The translations under genes were made by a program, and so were the position numbers. Below, piece after piece: positions 38,661 through 50,554 of a stretch of DNA of 64,000 nucleotides. The stretch is taken from assembly GCF_026210795.1 (NCBI RefSeq), contig NC_089431.1:4526001-4590000 (forward strand). Direction: 5' to 3'. The DNA comes from Rhizophagus irregularis. Lineage: Eukaryota. Every line of letters starts with the position of its first letter. The first letter of the stretch is position 1. The notes beneath the pieces are model-generated. The model worked only from the letters and a program-made list of their open reading frames with translations, had not been told where the DNA came from and searched no databases.

Positions 38661-38683
38661 CTTTTATTCAATTACATTTTTTC
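38661..38683 (-). promoter_or_regulatory. Shared motif upstream of polB
   Basis: Exact 23-bp copy outside the TIRs, 23 nt before the polB ATG. Confidence 0.75.
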
Positions 38684-38846
38684 TGAAAATAAAATTAATT
38701 GTTCGCCTACCCTATGAGGGTAAAAAAAGAGGGAGACAGATTAGTACTGTCTTCCTAAACTATTCCTCACCATCTGAGTCATCGGGATTGTCATCCGAGT
38801 CACTGAGCACATCCTCGTCCTGATGTATACTCTATCCTTAAGTAAC

Positions 38847-39293
38847 TTATAGTTGTAAGCTACAACGGCGAATAGCTTCTTTTACCATAATATGCTCTAC
38901 TGCAGCATTTGTTCTCTCTTTACAAGCCTTTTGATATGCCTTCCATTCAAGTTCACGGAGGTCACGATTTCTATTACCCTCCTCCTCTGATCGACCAAGA
39001 GCATCATTTGCTTTTTCCTTCTTTTCTACTGCTTTGTCGTATGCCTCCTCGGCTTCTTTATGCCGCTTCCAGAGTATTCGTTCAGCTTCGGCTCTCCAGA
39101 TTGGGCTGACTTCTAGAAGATGTGTCCCGAAATTTCTACTTGGAATGTATTCCAGGATATGGCCCACAAGTTCGGGGATTACTGATACTGCGTACGGGGT
39201 TTGGTGGCTTTTTAGAATCTCTCTATTGATAGCCATAAGATCAGAGACTGTGCAGCCAAAGATTGTTGCTAACTTTTCTGCGGTATATACCAT
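38847..39293 (-). CDS. F-box-like protein with helical tail (148 aa, possibly truncated)
   Basis: SVIPELVGHILEYI...LLEVSPIWRAEAERILW; an in-frame acidic tail (QDEDVLSDSDDNPDDSDGEE) lies beyond stops at about 38760-38830. Confidence 0.65.
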   Translation of the reverse strand: MVYTAEKLATIFGCTVSDLMAINREILKSHQTPYAVSVIPELVGHILEYIPSRNFGTHLLEVSPIWRAEAERILWKRHKEAEEAYDKAVEKKEKANDALGRSEEEGNRNRDLRELEWKAYQKACKERTNAAVEHIMVKEAIRRCSLQL

Positions 39294-39332
39294 GTTATGT
39301 ACTATTTATCTGTATAGTTACTTGGTACCTAC

Positions 39333-39770
39333 CTTTTATTCAATTACATTTTTTCTCGGTATAAGGGTAATTGCTTGCCTTGCTATTCCGCTCTATTGAC
39401 TCCATGGCTGGTTTCCTGGATGGGTTAATATTCCTTACCTTTTTTGGCTCCGTTGGCTTTGAAATCCTATTTCTTGTTCGGTTAATTTTTTCAGATTGTA
39501 TGGTGGTAATAGAGTTGTATGGTGGTAATAAAACTATATGATGGTAACTAGATTATATGAAAAGTGGTAGGTGGATTATATGGTGGTAATTAAAATTATA
39601 TGATGGTGGTAACTAGATTATATAAAGTGGTAGTTAAATTATAGTAAAAGTGGTAGGTGGATTATATGATGGTAATTAAGTTATATGATGGTGGTAATTA
39701 GATTATATAAAGTGGTAGTATTTTAGATTATATGGTGGGAGTGAGCCAGAATTGGGGTTTTCATACTACT
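39333..39770 (-). repeat. Right TIR of the Polinton
   Basis: Reverse complement of 27467-27904. Confidence 0.95.
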
Positions 39771-42432
39771 TTGTATATCGATTCCTTTTCTTTGGGTACT
39801 AACTGATATACCACGTGTCTTTCTTATTAATTCATTAGTAGCTTCCTCCTCTCTTCTTGCTGTATTCACTGCATCATTTAAATTTGCTGGGTTTTGTCTT
39901 CTGACTTGATATCCCAATGTTGGTGTTAATCCTTCGATATAATTATCCACTTGTAATTCATCATCTAATGCATGGCCTCTGGTAGCTATCCTTAATATTT
40001 GTCTAAACCTTATCGTATATGCCTCAACATTTTCATTTACTCCTTGTGTTATTTTCCTTAATTCTAACATTTTCCTTTTTCTAACATCTTCCCTGGTAAA
40101 TCTTTGTTTAATCCTATGTTTTAAATCATTATCATTATCGTTATCTTGCCAATTTACCAAATGACCATTGTTTGCTTCCTTCTTTTCATTATACCATTGT
40201 GCTGCTGCACCTTTCAAACAGGTAGCTGCCATTGCTGCTTGTCTAGCTCCATTTACTCCTGCTGCTTTTCCTATAGCAGTAAATGCTGTTTCAAATTGTC
40301 TTACCCAATCGTTTATGTCTTCTTCTTCCCTTCCATAAAATTGTGGCATACTAATTATTCCTCCAGCTACATTTCCTGCATCCTCAATTGCATTTGCTAA
40401 TGGGTTGGCTGCGACTAATCCAGCCCAATTACCTCCTATATCATGTCCTGTTGCTGCTAGTAAAGCCGCTCTAAAATCTTCCCTTACTTCAGCTCTTGTT
40501 GCTCCCATAATTATTGGTACTATTGGTAGAATTGGTGGTATCGGTGGTGTTAAAGGTGTTTCAAATAAATTTTCTATATTATAATCAGATATTTCACTTT
40601 TATCCTCAGAGTTTGATTCTGAACTTTCACTTGAGTCAAAACCAGGTCTATTTATAATGTTTTCTTCATAAGGTTCTTCAAAATTTTCATTGTTATCGGT
40701 ATCATTTGGATTTAAAATTTCTCCGTCTTTTCCAGATCCATCTGATTCTTTTTCAGATCCATCAGATTTTTCATTATCAGATTCATTTCCACTACTTTCA
40801 CTATCCTCAATTCCAGCTTGCTGTTTTAGAAATTTATCTAATATTCGCCTTAAATTTTTCTCCATTTCATTTTTATTTCCTTGGAATATTTCAATAAATT
40901 CTTGATCCAATATTTCTCCATCAGTATATCCCATACTGATTAACCTCAATAACTCTCCATTAGTTATTCCTATTTTATTATCATCACATATTTGTTTTAA
41001 TCTTTTAACCCTGATATCAATTTCATTTTCGTCATTTTCACAATCCCTACACTTGGTTTTCCTTCGTCAAATTTATTGTTTATCCATCTTATTCCACATT
41101 CATCACAAAATGTGGTATTTTCATTTATCCATTCATATAATTTTATCCTTAATTCTTTGTCATTCGTATCAATTTCCTGGAGATATTTTTCCATAAATTC
41201 CGTTGTTAATATTATACTATTGCTTATCCTGAATTCTCTTATTCTCCCTATTTCTGACACATTTAATTCGTACCCTAGTTTTTCTAAGTCGTCCTTTAAT
41301 TCTAATAATACTTCTTGTTCACAATTTTTACATTGTCCAATGTCTGCTATCATATCAGGTAACTTTCTATTCCTACAATTTCCACATATTAATGTTTCTT
41401 TTGCTAACCATTCATTTATTTCATCTTTTAATTTTTCATCACTTAGTCCCATTAATTCGAAAAATGTACCTAAAAAGTCCTCTGTTAATATCAATTCTAT
41501 CCTTATCCTTAGGTCCCACATTCTTTGTATATCTTTGTCGGTGAACCTTCCACCCATTTCTTCAATTTTCTTTTTAATGATTCCACTGTCCATTCGACAT
41601 CATCCTCTATTTTTATTTCATAATGTATACTACCATCACTGTCCTCTAATTCATAACTTTCAGGACTATCACTTTCTGGGTCCTCAGGTTCCCTTGTAAA
41701 TTGTTTGGTGTCAATAAATCTTTGTAACACTTTCTGTATCAATCTTTCCCAATCTTGTTGTTTTGGTTCTTCCTTTCCTAATGAGTTTCTGTAAACAATT
41801 GTATTCGTTAAATCAATTACTTTTCCTATATTTTCAGTTATGGTTTCTTCCATGTATAATAATTTCCTGAATATTACTATTGTTTCTGGTGTCGCATGGA
41901 TTACTTCCACCCCAAATTCTAATATTGAACCGTACCATTCCCAAAATTTTTGAAATCTATTTTCAACATCCCAATCTTCCAAAATATATCCATGTTCCAT
42001 TATTTCTGGACATCCAATTAACCGGTCAAATACTTCATTTTCTAAATTTCCTTCAATACAATCCCTTACAATTACTACAATTATTATCCTTAAACCTTTT
42101 TCTTTCATTTTTGGTTGTTGTCTGTACCTTATTGATTCAATTATTCTATCTACTATATTCCTACATTTTCCTTTATGTATTGTATCCTCCCTTTCTCTAT
42201 TGTCCATACTTAATAAATTCAATAATTCTTTATGTGTTACATTATTGTACATTAGTATTGTATCCTCGAATTTAAATAAAACATCCCAAAATTTCTTGAA
42301 TGCTGCTGATACTTCTCTTTCTATTGGGTTACATATTTCACATGCTAAACATTCCTCTGGTTCTATCACTCCTAGGTCATGTTCTTGTTTATGGTTTATA
42401 TATTCAGCGTTCCAAACATGGTACCATTCCAT
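39771..42432 (-). pseudogene. gag 5' part of copy 1 with a long N-terminal extension; two 1-bp homopolymer frameshifts (about 41060 and 41570)
   Basis: ORF pieces 41509..42432, 40997..41593 and 39723..40949 align to the continuous ORF of copy 2; capsid motif MPQFYGREEEDINDWVRQFE. Confidence 0.88.
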
Positions 42433-42711
42433 TTTTAATAAAATTCTCTAAAAATTTTCACGTCTTTTACTTTTTATCCTTCTTTTATATTTTATTTGAC
42501 CTATACTGGGCTTGCCTTTACCTCATTTGTTCATTACTGAGTATGGTAGTTTACAGGTTTGTACAAATAAATTTATATTCCATACAATTTTTCATCCTAA
42601 GATTTGGATGTGTTTCCATATTTGATTTATCTCTTTCCTGTAATCTTCTCATATTTGTCCAGCAAATATTATTTTTAATAAAAATTTTTAATCATGATTT
42701 TTCTTGGGTAC

Positions 42712-42860
42712 CCTCACAGAATTGTTTTTGAAAGTTCACACAGAACTATTCTCAATTGATCACACAGAATACCTCAATTGAGTTCACACAGAAAAAGCTC
42801 ACACAGAACTATTCTCAATTGATCACACAGAAAACCTCAATTGAGTTCACACAGAATTAC
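42712..42860. repeat. 5'-UTR tandem repeats (TCACACAGAA / CTCAATTGA units), copy 1
   Basis: Direct repeats, fewer units than in copy 2. Confidence 0.8.
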
Positions 42861-43436
42861 CCTACCATCGTATTTATAGTGTCGGTTTTTGGGTACACTT
42901 TTTATCCTTAACTTAACTTCAATTATTTATAAAAATTATTTTTAATCCTTAATTCATGGAACTTATTTACAATATTCTATTAAAACCCCTTCTAACTTGA
43001 TTAGCCTCGCATTTCCCTTGATAATCAATTACTACCATACATATTTGGTTCATATGTATGAAAATTATTATAATAATAATTTTTCATTGACTTATCAGCC
43101 GGTGGTCAAGTTAGATCAAAAATTTAATTTTTAACATTATCTCTTTATACATTTATGGTCATACTCACCCAAATTAATACCTTTTACCTTGGTAACCATT
43201 ATTTTCACGTATCCTTTAAAATATTTAACTTTATTTTATTAAAATTTAACGTTAATACACCTTAAATTCTTTTTTTTTTTTTAACCAAGACTTAGAACTT
43301 TTAATTTTATAATTCCTTAACTTCGTCGATCCTTTATTTGTAACTTCTAATGATCACGTGGGGGTGATCATTTTCTTTTCTCAGAGATCCTGTACTTATA
43401 ACCTGTAGTGATCATGTGAGGATGATCACTTTTCCT

Positions 43437-43454
43437 TTCTCGGAGCATGCACTA
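43437..43454 (-). other. Primer-binding site, tRNA-Gly type
   Basis: TAGTGCATGCTCCGAGAA, 2 nt from the 5' LTR; complementary to a tRNA 3' end TTCTCGGAGCATGCA-C(C/T)A; TAG instead of the usual TGG. Confidence 0.75.
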
Positions 43455-43456
43455 CT

Positions 43457-44084
43457 TGTAACACCTGAGCCCATAGAGAAATATGTTTGCCACCTCAGGT
43501 ATTAACAAAATGACTCTTTATTAATAATATAAATAAATACAATAATATGCTTGGTTTAATAACATTAAACAACAAAATAAATAATTCATAACAAAATTCG
43601 TCCAATTTCTCCCTTTTCCAAAAGTTGATCTTCACGCCCTTTTATGTTTGTTTTTGTGTAACTGAATTCATAATTTCGATTCATGGATTTAAATTATTAA
43701 AGTATTTCCATTGTTTTAAAGTATTTCCATTATCTTAAAGTATTTCCATTATCTTAATTTTGTATCCATTTGATCATCATGAACTCCTGAATTATGATTT
43801 ATAATATTAACGTAGTGATCAACAAATTAATCACTTGACACCTCAGATCACTTGATTTCATCCAATTTAGTATCTTTCGGATCTTCATTTATCCTTAAAT
43901 CTCGTGACTAATAGTTTAAGGTCATCACGGACCAATTATCCTCGATTCTCATGACTAATAGTTTAACGACTTTTCGGTCCAATTAAAATAAAAATAAAAA
44001 TAAGTTAAAATTTTATACACTAAGACTAAATGTAATACTGCGCCCCACAATTAATAAATTTACTAGGTATACTACGGCATTACA
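43457..44084 (-). repeat. 5' LTR of copy 1
   Basis: Direct repeat of 23604-24231. Confidence 0.95.
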
Positions 44085-44847
44085 ACAGTAGTAAAAATGA
44101 TTCGATAAACTGGATCATGTGATCATTAACCAATAAAATTAAAGTAACGTGATGTGGTAAATCTTAATTTTGGCCAGAATTATAAAAATCTTAATTCCGG
44201 CCGAAGTTATATATCACTTATATATTCAATTAAAAATATTTTATATTCATTTTCATGACCTCTATGACTTAAAACTAAGATAAAAAATTAAAATATAGTG
44301 TATATTGATTTTATTAGCATGAATTTTTTTAAAAAAATTCAGTATAATAGATTTTCAATATATCAAAATTTTTTCGCTATACCGGATATCCTGATAAACT
44401 GGATATTTTTAGTGGAACCAGTAGATCCGGTTTATCGAATTTCACTGTGACTACGTTGATTGTATGAATCGTAATAATTAGATATGGGTCAGCCGAACCT
44501 AATAGGGCATTTTAAAAAGGCGACATTTATGTCAAACCTATAGAAAGGGAGATAGGATAGCGTTTTACATCTAAAATGTGAATAACATAACAAAATGAAC
44601 TTAATAACATTTGGAAAATTGTCTTCTCTTTTTAACAATCATAAAAATCATGTAATTCCGGAATGTTAAATTTTATTTGAAGATCTTAAAAAATCAAAAG
44701 GAATATTTTATTTTCACACCTGGTCGTATTCATAATCACAACAACCACCTCTTGTTAATAAATAAAATAATAATTTTTTGAACTATAAAATTGTACAAAC
44801 CCTAATAACTTACACACAACTTCCTGGCAAATTATTTAATCTATTAT

Positions 44848-46368
44848 TTATTCATGTATCTGAAAAACTTCATATTCTTCTATAGAAAATTTATCTCCTG
44901 TTTCTCTGATCTGTTTTTCATAAGATTCCTTTTGACAATAACTAAGAGCATTTTCATTAAAAGAAATATCACCTTGACACCCTCCATATATTATAAGGTC
45001 ATTAATACCAAATGATGGTCCGTAATAGTGCCAATAATTTATAGCATGTTTTACATTTCCTACTCGACTAATAAGACAGTTTTCAATATTATTTTTATCC
45101 ACAAAAGAGAAAATAAAACTATCCTTTGTAGTACCATAACTACCCCTCAAACTATAATTATTTTTCCATTCAATCGGATTATACCCTCCAAGAATTTCAT
45201 TGCTGTCTACTACTTTAATAATCGTTACAGTACGAGATTGATTATCACAAATTTCATGAAACCTTTGAGTTGTAAATCCATCACGAGAACCACGAAGAAT
45301 TAATTTAAATTTATATGAATTTTTTAATTCATCTGTAATCTTTAATTTATCAATCCATTTCGAGATTAATTCAGCATGTTGAATTGTAATAATATTTGAA
45401 TCAATACCCTTAGTATTTAATTCTTTAATAATCTGTGGTTCTGATTTTTTCCTTGGTACATAATCATGATCCAAAAAATATTTGACTAAATTTTCACACA
45501 TCTCATCAGGAATAATCTTTTTATACGGATATACCTCATTTAGGAATTCTCTAGAAGTAAATTCAGTAAATTTAATTAAAGGAATAAAATGTTGTAAAGC
45601 ATTTTTTAAAACATTAAAATCATCATTTGAATAACTTGAAGGATCTGACGAAAGTCCAGGATTTTTTGCAATACCCCATTTAAGTACATACTCCCAAACT
45701 TGAACTTCCCTCATTTTAACTTTATCATGCTGAATAAGAGAGATTAAAGCTTTTTCTGGAATCGAAGTAAAATTAGATGAATTGAAAATTTTTTCTGGTT
45801 GTTTAGAAATTAACTCTGTGCAAAACTTTTGAAGATCCAAAAAAGAATTATTTTCGAAGCTCGTTTGATATATCAAGTTAAAATTTTGTTCCATCCAACT
45901 TGTTTTGTTTTTAATTAAAAATGATTGTAAATGAGGGATTAGTTCTCGAATACTTAGTTCATTAGCAGCAACCAAGATTTTAATAATATCTAAGATATCA
46001 TATTCTATTAAATAAATTCTTCCACCATAAATATACCTAAATAAAATAATACGTTAATAAAAAAAATTTTTTATTGATTTATTAATAACAATTAGTTTAA
46101 TTCTTTTTTACCTTAAAATTATTTGGAAAATTTCAGGTAAGATATTCGGCAATTTAATATGTGCTACAGTTCCATCATTTTTCCTTTTATTAGTTGATAA
46201 AATTCTTCTCAAATAAGGAGAACGATAATTTAATATAACCATATGAGCACGAAAAATTTTTACGTGAGGGTCTTTACCAACTTCAATTGTAATATCATAA
46301 TATTCTTCGTCGTCTAAAATTTCAAGGAAATTTTGAGATAATTTTGGTAAAAATTCATTATCTGCCAT
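44848..46368 (-). CDS. BTB/POZ-BACK-TLDc protein, copy 4; exons 46368-46112 and 46036-44848
   Basis: Same structure as paralogs. Confidence 0.9.
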
Positions 46369-49034
46369 TATATTTGTCAAAAATGAAGAGGAAAATAAAG
46401 AGAGCACAAGAATATTGCCAATCCTAATTTGTGAAATGGGTTCAACCTTTATATTGCAGATCTGGAAGTTGTAACACAATATTAATTGATTGGATCGGTT
46501 AATTTGCAATTTTGCATGTTTAAAACCCGGTTAATAACTACTGACGTCAAAGTTAATTTCACCGATCATGATAAATGTCATATTTTTGTTATAGTACTTT
46601 CCATACTTGTTATTAAAGAAATAATATTTGGTCAACAATAATTGGTGGAGCGATTGAAAAAATTTGTTGTTATGAAATTTTCAGTTTAATAAATTAAAAT
46701 AAACTTAAAATTACAGTGGGTAAATTAATAAATTTATATAAATGTATTGTTATTAAAAGAAAAAAAAATATCAAGAAAAAAATAAATAAATAATAATTCA
46801 CAAACTCATTCATAAAACATATAATTTGTAGTTAAAATAAATGTTTTGAATGATTAAAGGGATAAAAGCTATAATTTTTATTTCATTTTAAACATTAAAG
46901 ATTTTTTGATTATTACCCGAAGGCCGAAGCAAAGCGGAGGAATATCTATAATTTTAGTTTGTCTCCTAAAAACGTCTTCCTCAAATCACTATTGTTTCCT
47001 TTTTTGAATAATTTCTTCATCGTGTTATTTCCTTTTTGAAACCTTGAAAAAATCAACGAATGATAATAATTTTTTTTAAAAAAAAATTTTAAACAGTTTC
47101 CATTTCAATTAGTCTTTTTTCTTCTGCTATTCGTTCTTTTATTCTTTACAGTTTTTTATATCAATTTGTTTTTTACAATTAATACAATAAAGGCAAATTG
47201 TTGATTGAACGTAGTCATGTGCATACTGCGACCTTCAATTTGATAATGGACTTTCCATATTTTAATTATATTTTACAGGAATTGAAACTTTATTGGCATG
47301 TTATCAATAATATTAATAAGTTATAAATCATATATAGCACATTTACTATGGTTATGACGTGATTTTACGCTTTTTACGTGTCTTTAAATATTAAACAATA
47401 TGTATAATTAACATTATTTTATAACTACATTTTTATAGATGAAAAAACATTGTTATGCTTGGCGTATAAGTTTTTTTAAATGATTTAAAAATAAACTTTA
47501 TTTTAAAATTAAATATATATCTTATACATTGCCCTGATCCTGATTTACATTTGAAAAAAAAGAGTTTTTTCTTTGTTGTTATAACTAAGTAAATTAATAA
47601 TAAATCAATCGACTATAAAATAATAAAATACAATTAGTTAATTATACTTTTAATCTTCTAAATATTTAATGAATAGAAATTTTGTCAAATTTACTATATT
47701 ATTTTACATACATGTTGAAAATCGCTTTTAATTAATCAAATTATTGACATTCTCAATATCAATTTTTGTGAAAATAGATGGGTTCCTGGGTATTTGGTTC
47801 TCTTAAACAACACTTACACCATCTACAGATACAACCACCATCACACCAACACTGACAAGCACATCTATAACCCATGTAATAACATCCACAACCATTAACG
47901 ACAAGAGCATTTGATTTGACATATATTTCGACACCTTTATTGTAAGATGATGTGCAAAAAGAGCTTTGAATGGGTGATTCTTGAAATGCAATTGAGGACA
48001 AAAAATACGAAGATGATTACAGAAAGATACTGTGAAGATACATTTTGGCTTTGATTTCGAAAAGATTGTTAAATCTTACGTGACAGAATTGCATCTTCTT
48101 AGAGGAATATTTATTTATACTCGTATTATTGGTCAAACCCTGTATTATTAATTTTTCATCACCTATTAACTTTTATTATGTGTTGTTTTATGATCTTCAG
48201 TTGAAAGTAAAAAAGTAAGATTTTTCTTTTGAACACGTCCTTATCCTTGATTTTTTTCTTTGTTCTATAGCTTTGTTTAATCTAGCTTACAGTATTTACT
48301 GTAAGAATCTCGCTACATGATCGGCAATTTAAGCGTGTGGGTTTGACTAAACCAAAAAAATATAAGATTGAACCTCATTGTCGACCTAATTGGGAATTTA
48401 TTAGATCAAATTGACGCGAAGTTGAGTTTTGATAATTCACACACACCATCAGGTTATGGGAATTTCATCCAAACTAGAATAAACAAATAATTATTAATAC
48501 AAACGCATTAGACTTTTAAAGATAATTTACGCCAATTACAATATTTTCGAGATTTTCCCATAAAACGAATAATTTTGATTTTGGATTGCAGGATTCAAGT
48601 ATAGTTACAAAATTACAAAAGTTCCCTTCATATCTACATGTATGTATCCATTTCTAACTAAGGAAAATAAAAAAGGGGGAGTCAACAGATTAATTTACGA
48701 TTTTACGATTTTATTTCTCCATGTTTTTATTACTTCATAAAATAAATCGACTATTTAAAATGGATTTCATTGTGGGAAATTCCAAAATCCTAATATTATT
48801 TTTTATTATTACATAATTCTGGCAAAAAATCTTGGCGTTGAACGCTCTTTGAATACTAAAAATAATTGTTATTGTTCCAGTTCAGATGAAACTTAATCAA
48901 GATCGATGATAAGTCACTTGAATAAATCCTAATAAAGCCACTCCAACCCAAATTTTATCGTTTAGCATAACATTCTTCACAAACTAAGAATTTTTATATT
49001 CTTTTTTATTCTATATCTCTTGATAATAATAATA

Positions 49035-50554
49035 ATGGCTGAGTATAAATTTTTACCAAAATTATCTCAAAATTTGCTCGAAATTTTGGATGATGATGAA
49101 TATTATGATATTATAATTGAAGTTGGTAATGACCCTGACGTAAAAATATTTCGCGCTCACATGGTTATTTTAAATTATCGTTCTCCATATTTGAGAAGAA
49201 TTTTATCAACTAATAAAAAGAAAAATGATGGAACTTTATCACATATCAAATTACCAAATATTTTACCTGAAATTTTTCAAATAATTATAAGGTAAGAAAT
49301 GACAAACTAATTGTTATAAAAAAAGATTATTATTTTGTAAAAAAAAAAAAAAGTTTTTTTAATTAACGTATTATTTATTATTACATTCTAAGATATATTT
49401 ATGGAGGAAAAATTTCTTTAGTAGAATATGATATTTTAGATATCATCAAGATCTTGGTTGCTGCTAATGAACTAGGTCTTCAGGAATTAATTTCCCATTT
49501 ACAATCATTTTTAATGGAAAACAAAAACAACTGGATAGAACAAAATTTTAATCTATTTTACAAGATAAGCTTTGAAAATGAGGATCTCTAAAAGTTTTGC
49601 ACAGAGTTAATATTTAAACATTCAGAAAAAATTTTCAATTTATCTGATTTTACTTCGATTCCAGAAAAAGCTTTAATCTCTCTTATTCAACATGATAATT
49701 ATCAAATGAGGGAAGTTCAAATTTGGGAACATGTACTTAAATGGGGTATTTCTCAAAATCCTGGACTTTCATCGGATACTTCACATTATTCTAATGAAGA
49801 TTTTAATGCTTTAAAAAGTACTTTGCAACAATTTATCCCTTTTATAAAATTCTTTAATTTAACCTCAAAAGAATTTTTGAAAAATGTGTTTCCTTATAGA
49901 GAAATTCTACCCAATGAGTTATATATTGATTTATTAAAACTATTTTTGAATAATAATCATAAACCATCAAATAAAAAAGTTATTGATTCTAAAATAATTA
50001 CAACTCAACATGCTGAATTAATCTCAAAATGGATTGATAAATTAGAGATCACAGATGAGTTGAAAAATTCATATAAATTCAAATTAATTCTTCGTGGATC
50101 TCAGGATGGATTTACGGCTAAACGATTTCATGAAGTATGTGATAATCGATCTCGTACTGTAGCAATAATTAAAGTGAAAGACAGCAATGAAATTCTTGGA
50201 GGATATAATCCGATTGAATGGAAAAGTGAGAATAAAAATACTAAGAATAATATTAGTAATTATCATGGTACTACTGGAGATAGTTTTATTTTCTCTTTTA
50301 TGAATAAAGAAAATATCAAAAATCATATAATTAGTCGAGTAAAGAATGAAAAATTCGCTATAAATTATTGAGATAAATACGGTCCATCATTTGGTAATGG
50401 AGACCTTATGATATTTGAAGGGAATATAGATAAAAGTTCTTTTAATAATAAGACAAGTTATTGTTGTAAAAATTCTTATGAAAATCATATAAGAAAGGCG
50501 AAAGAAGATTTTTCTGTAGGAGAATATGAGATATTTCAGATCATAAATGAATAA
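49035..50554 (+). pseudogene. BTB-BACK-TLDc pseudogene, copy 5
   Basis: Intact exon 1; small deletion and TAA near 49580-49592; TGG>TGA at 50369-50371; homology continues to EYEIFQIINE*. Confidence 0.85.

Larger units (their letters stand above)
27467..39770. mobile_element. Polinton/Maverick-type self-synthesising element, 12,304 bp, atypical gene content
   Basis: 438-bp TIRs; 5'-AGTAGT...ACTACT-3' termini; 6-bp TSD TTGTAT (27461-27466, 39771-39776); empty site in copy 2 near 59720; pPolB plus retroviral-type integrase. Confidence 0.97.
23604..44084 (-). mobile_element. Ty3/Gypsy LTR retrotransposon copy 1 (non-autonomous: RT/RNase H deleted; Polinton inserted in gag)
   Basis: 628-bp TG..CA LTRs with no differences seen; 4-bp TSD ACAG (23600-23603, 44085-44088); PBS, PPT, and gag-PR-INT order. 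Confidence 0.95.
23435..44449. mobile_element. About 530-bp MITE (Tc1/pogo-like) split by the LTR element: halves 23435-23603 and 44085-44449
   Basis: 25-bp TIRs CACAGTGAAATTCGATAAACC(A/G)GAT at both outer ends; repeated TCGATAAACCGGA-like motifs in both halves; no clear TSD. Confidence 0.7.

Noticed and set aside
34788..38823. Plus-strand ORFs within polB, and similar antisense ORFs over gag, pol and the BTB genes
   Set aside because: Shadow frames of the real genes, with no motifs
43441..43456. Tf1-type self-priming PBS
   Set aside because: Only a 6-nt match (GTAGTG) in the LTR; the 18-nt tRNA-Gly-type match explains the site better
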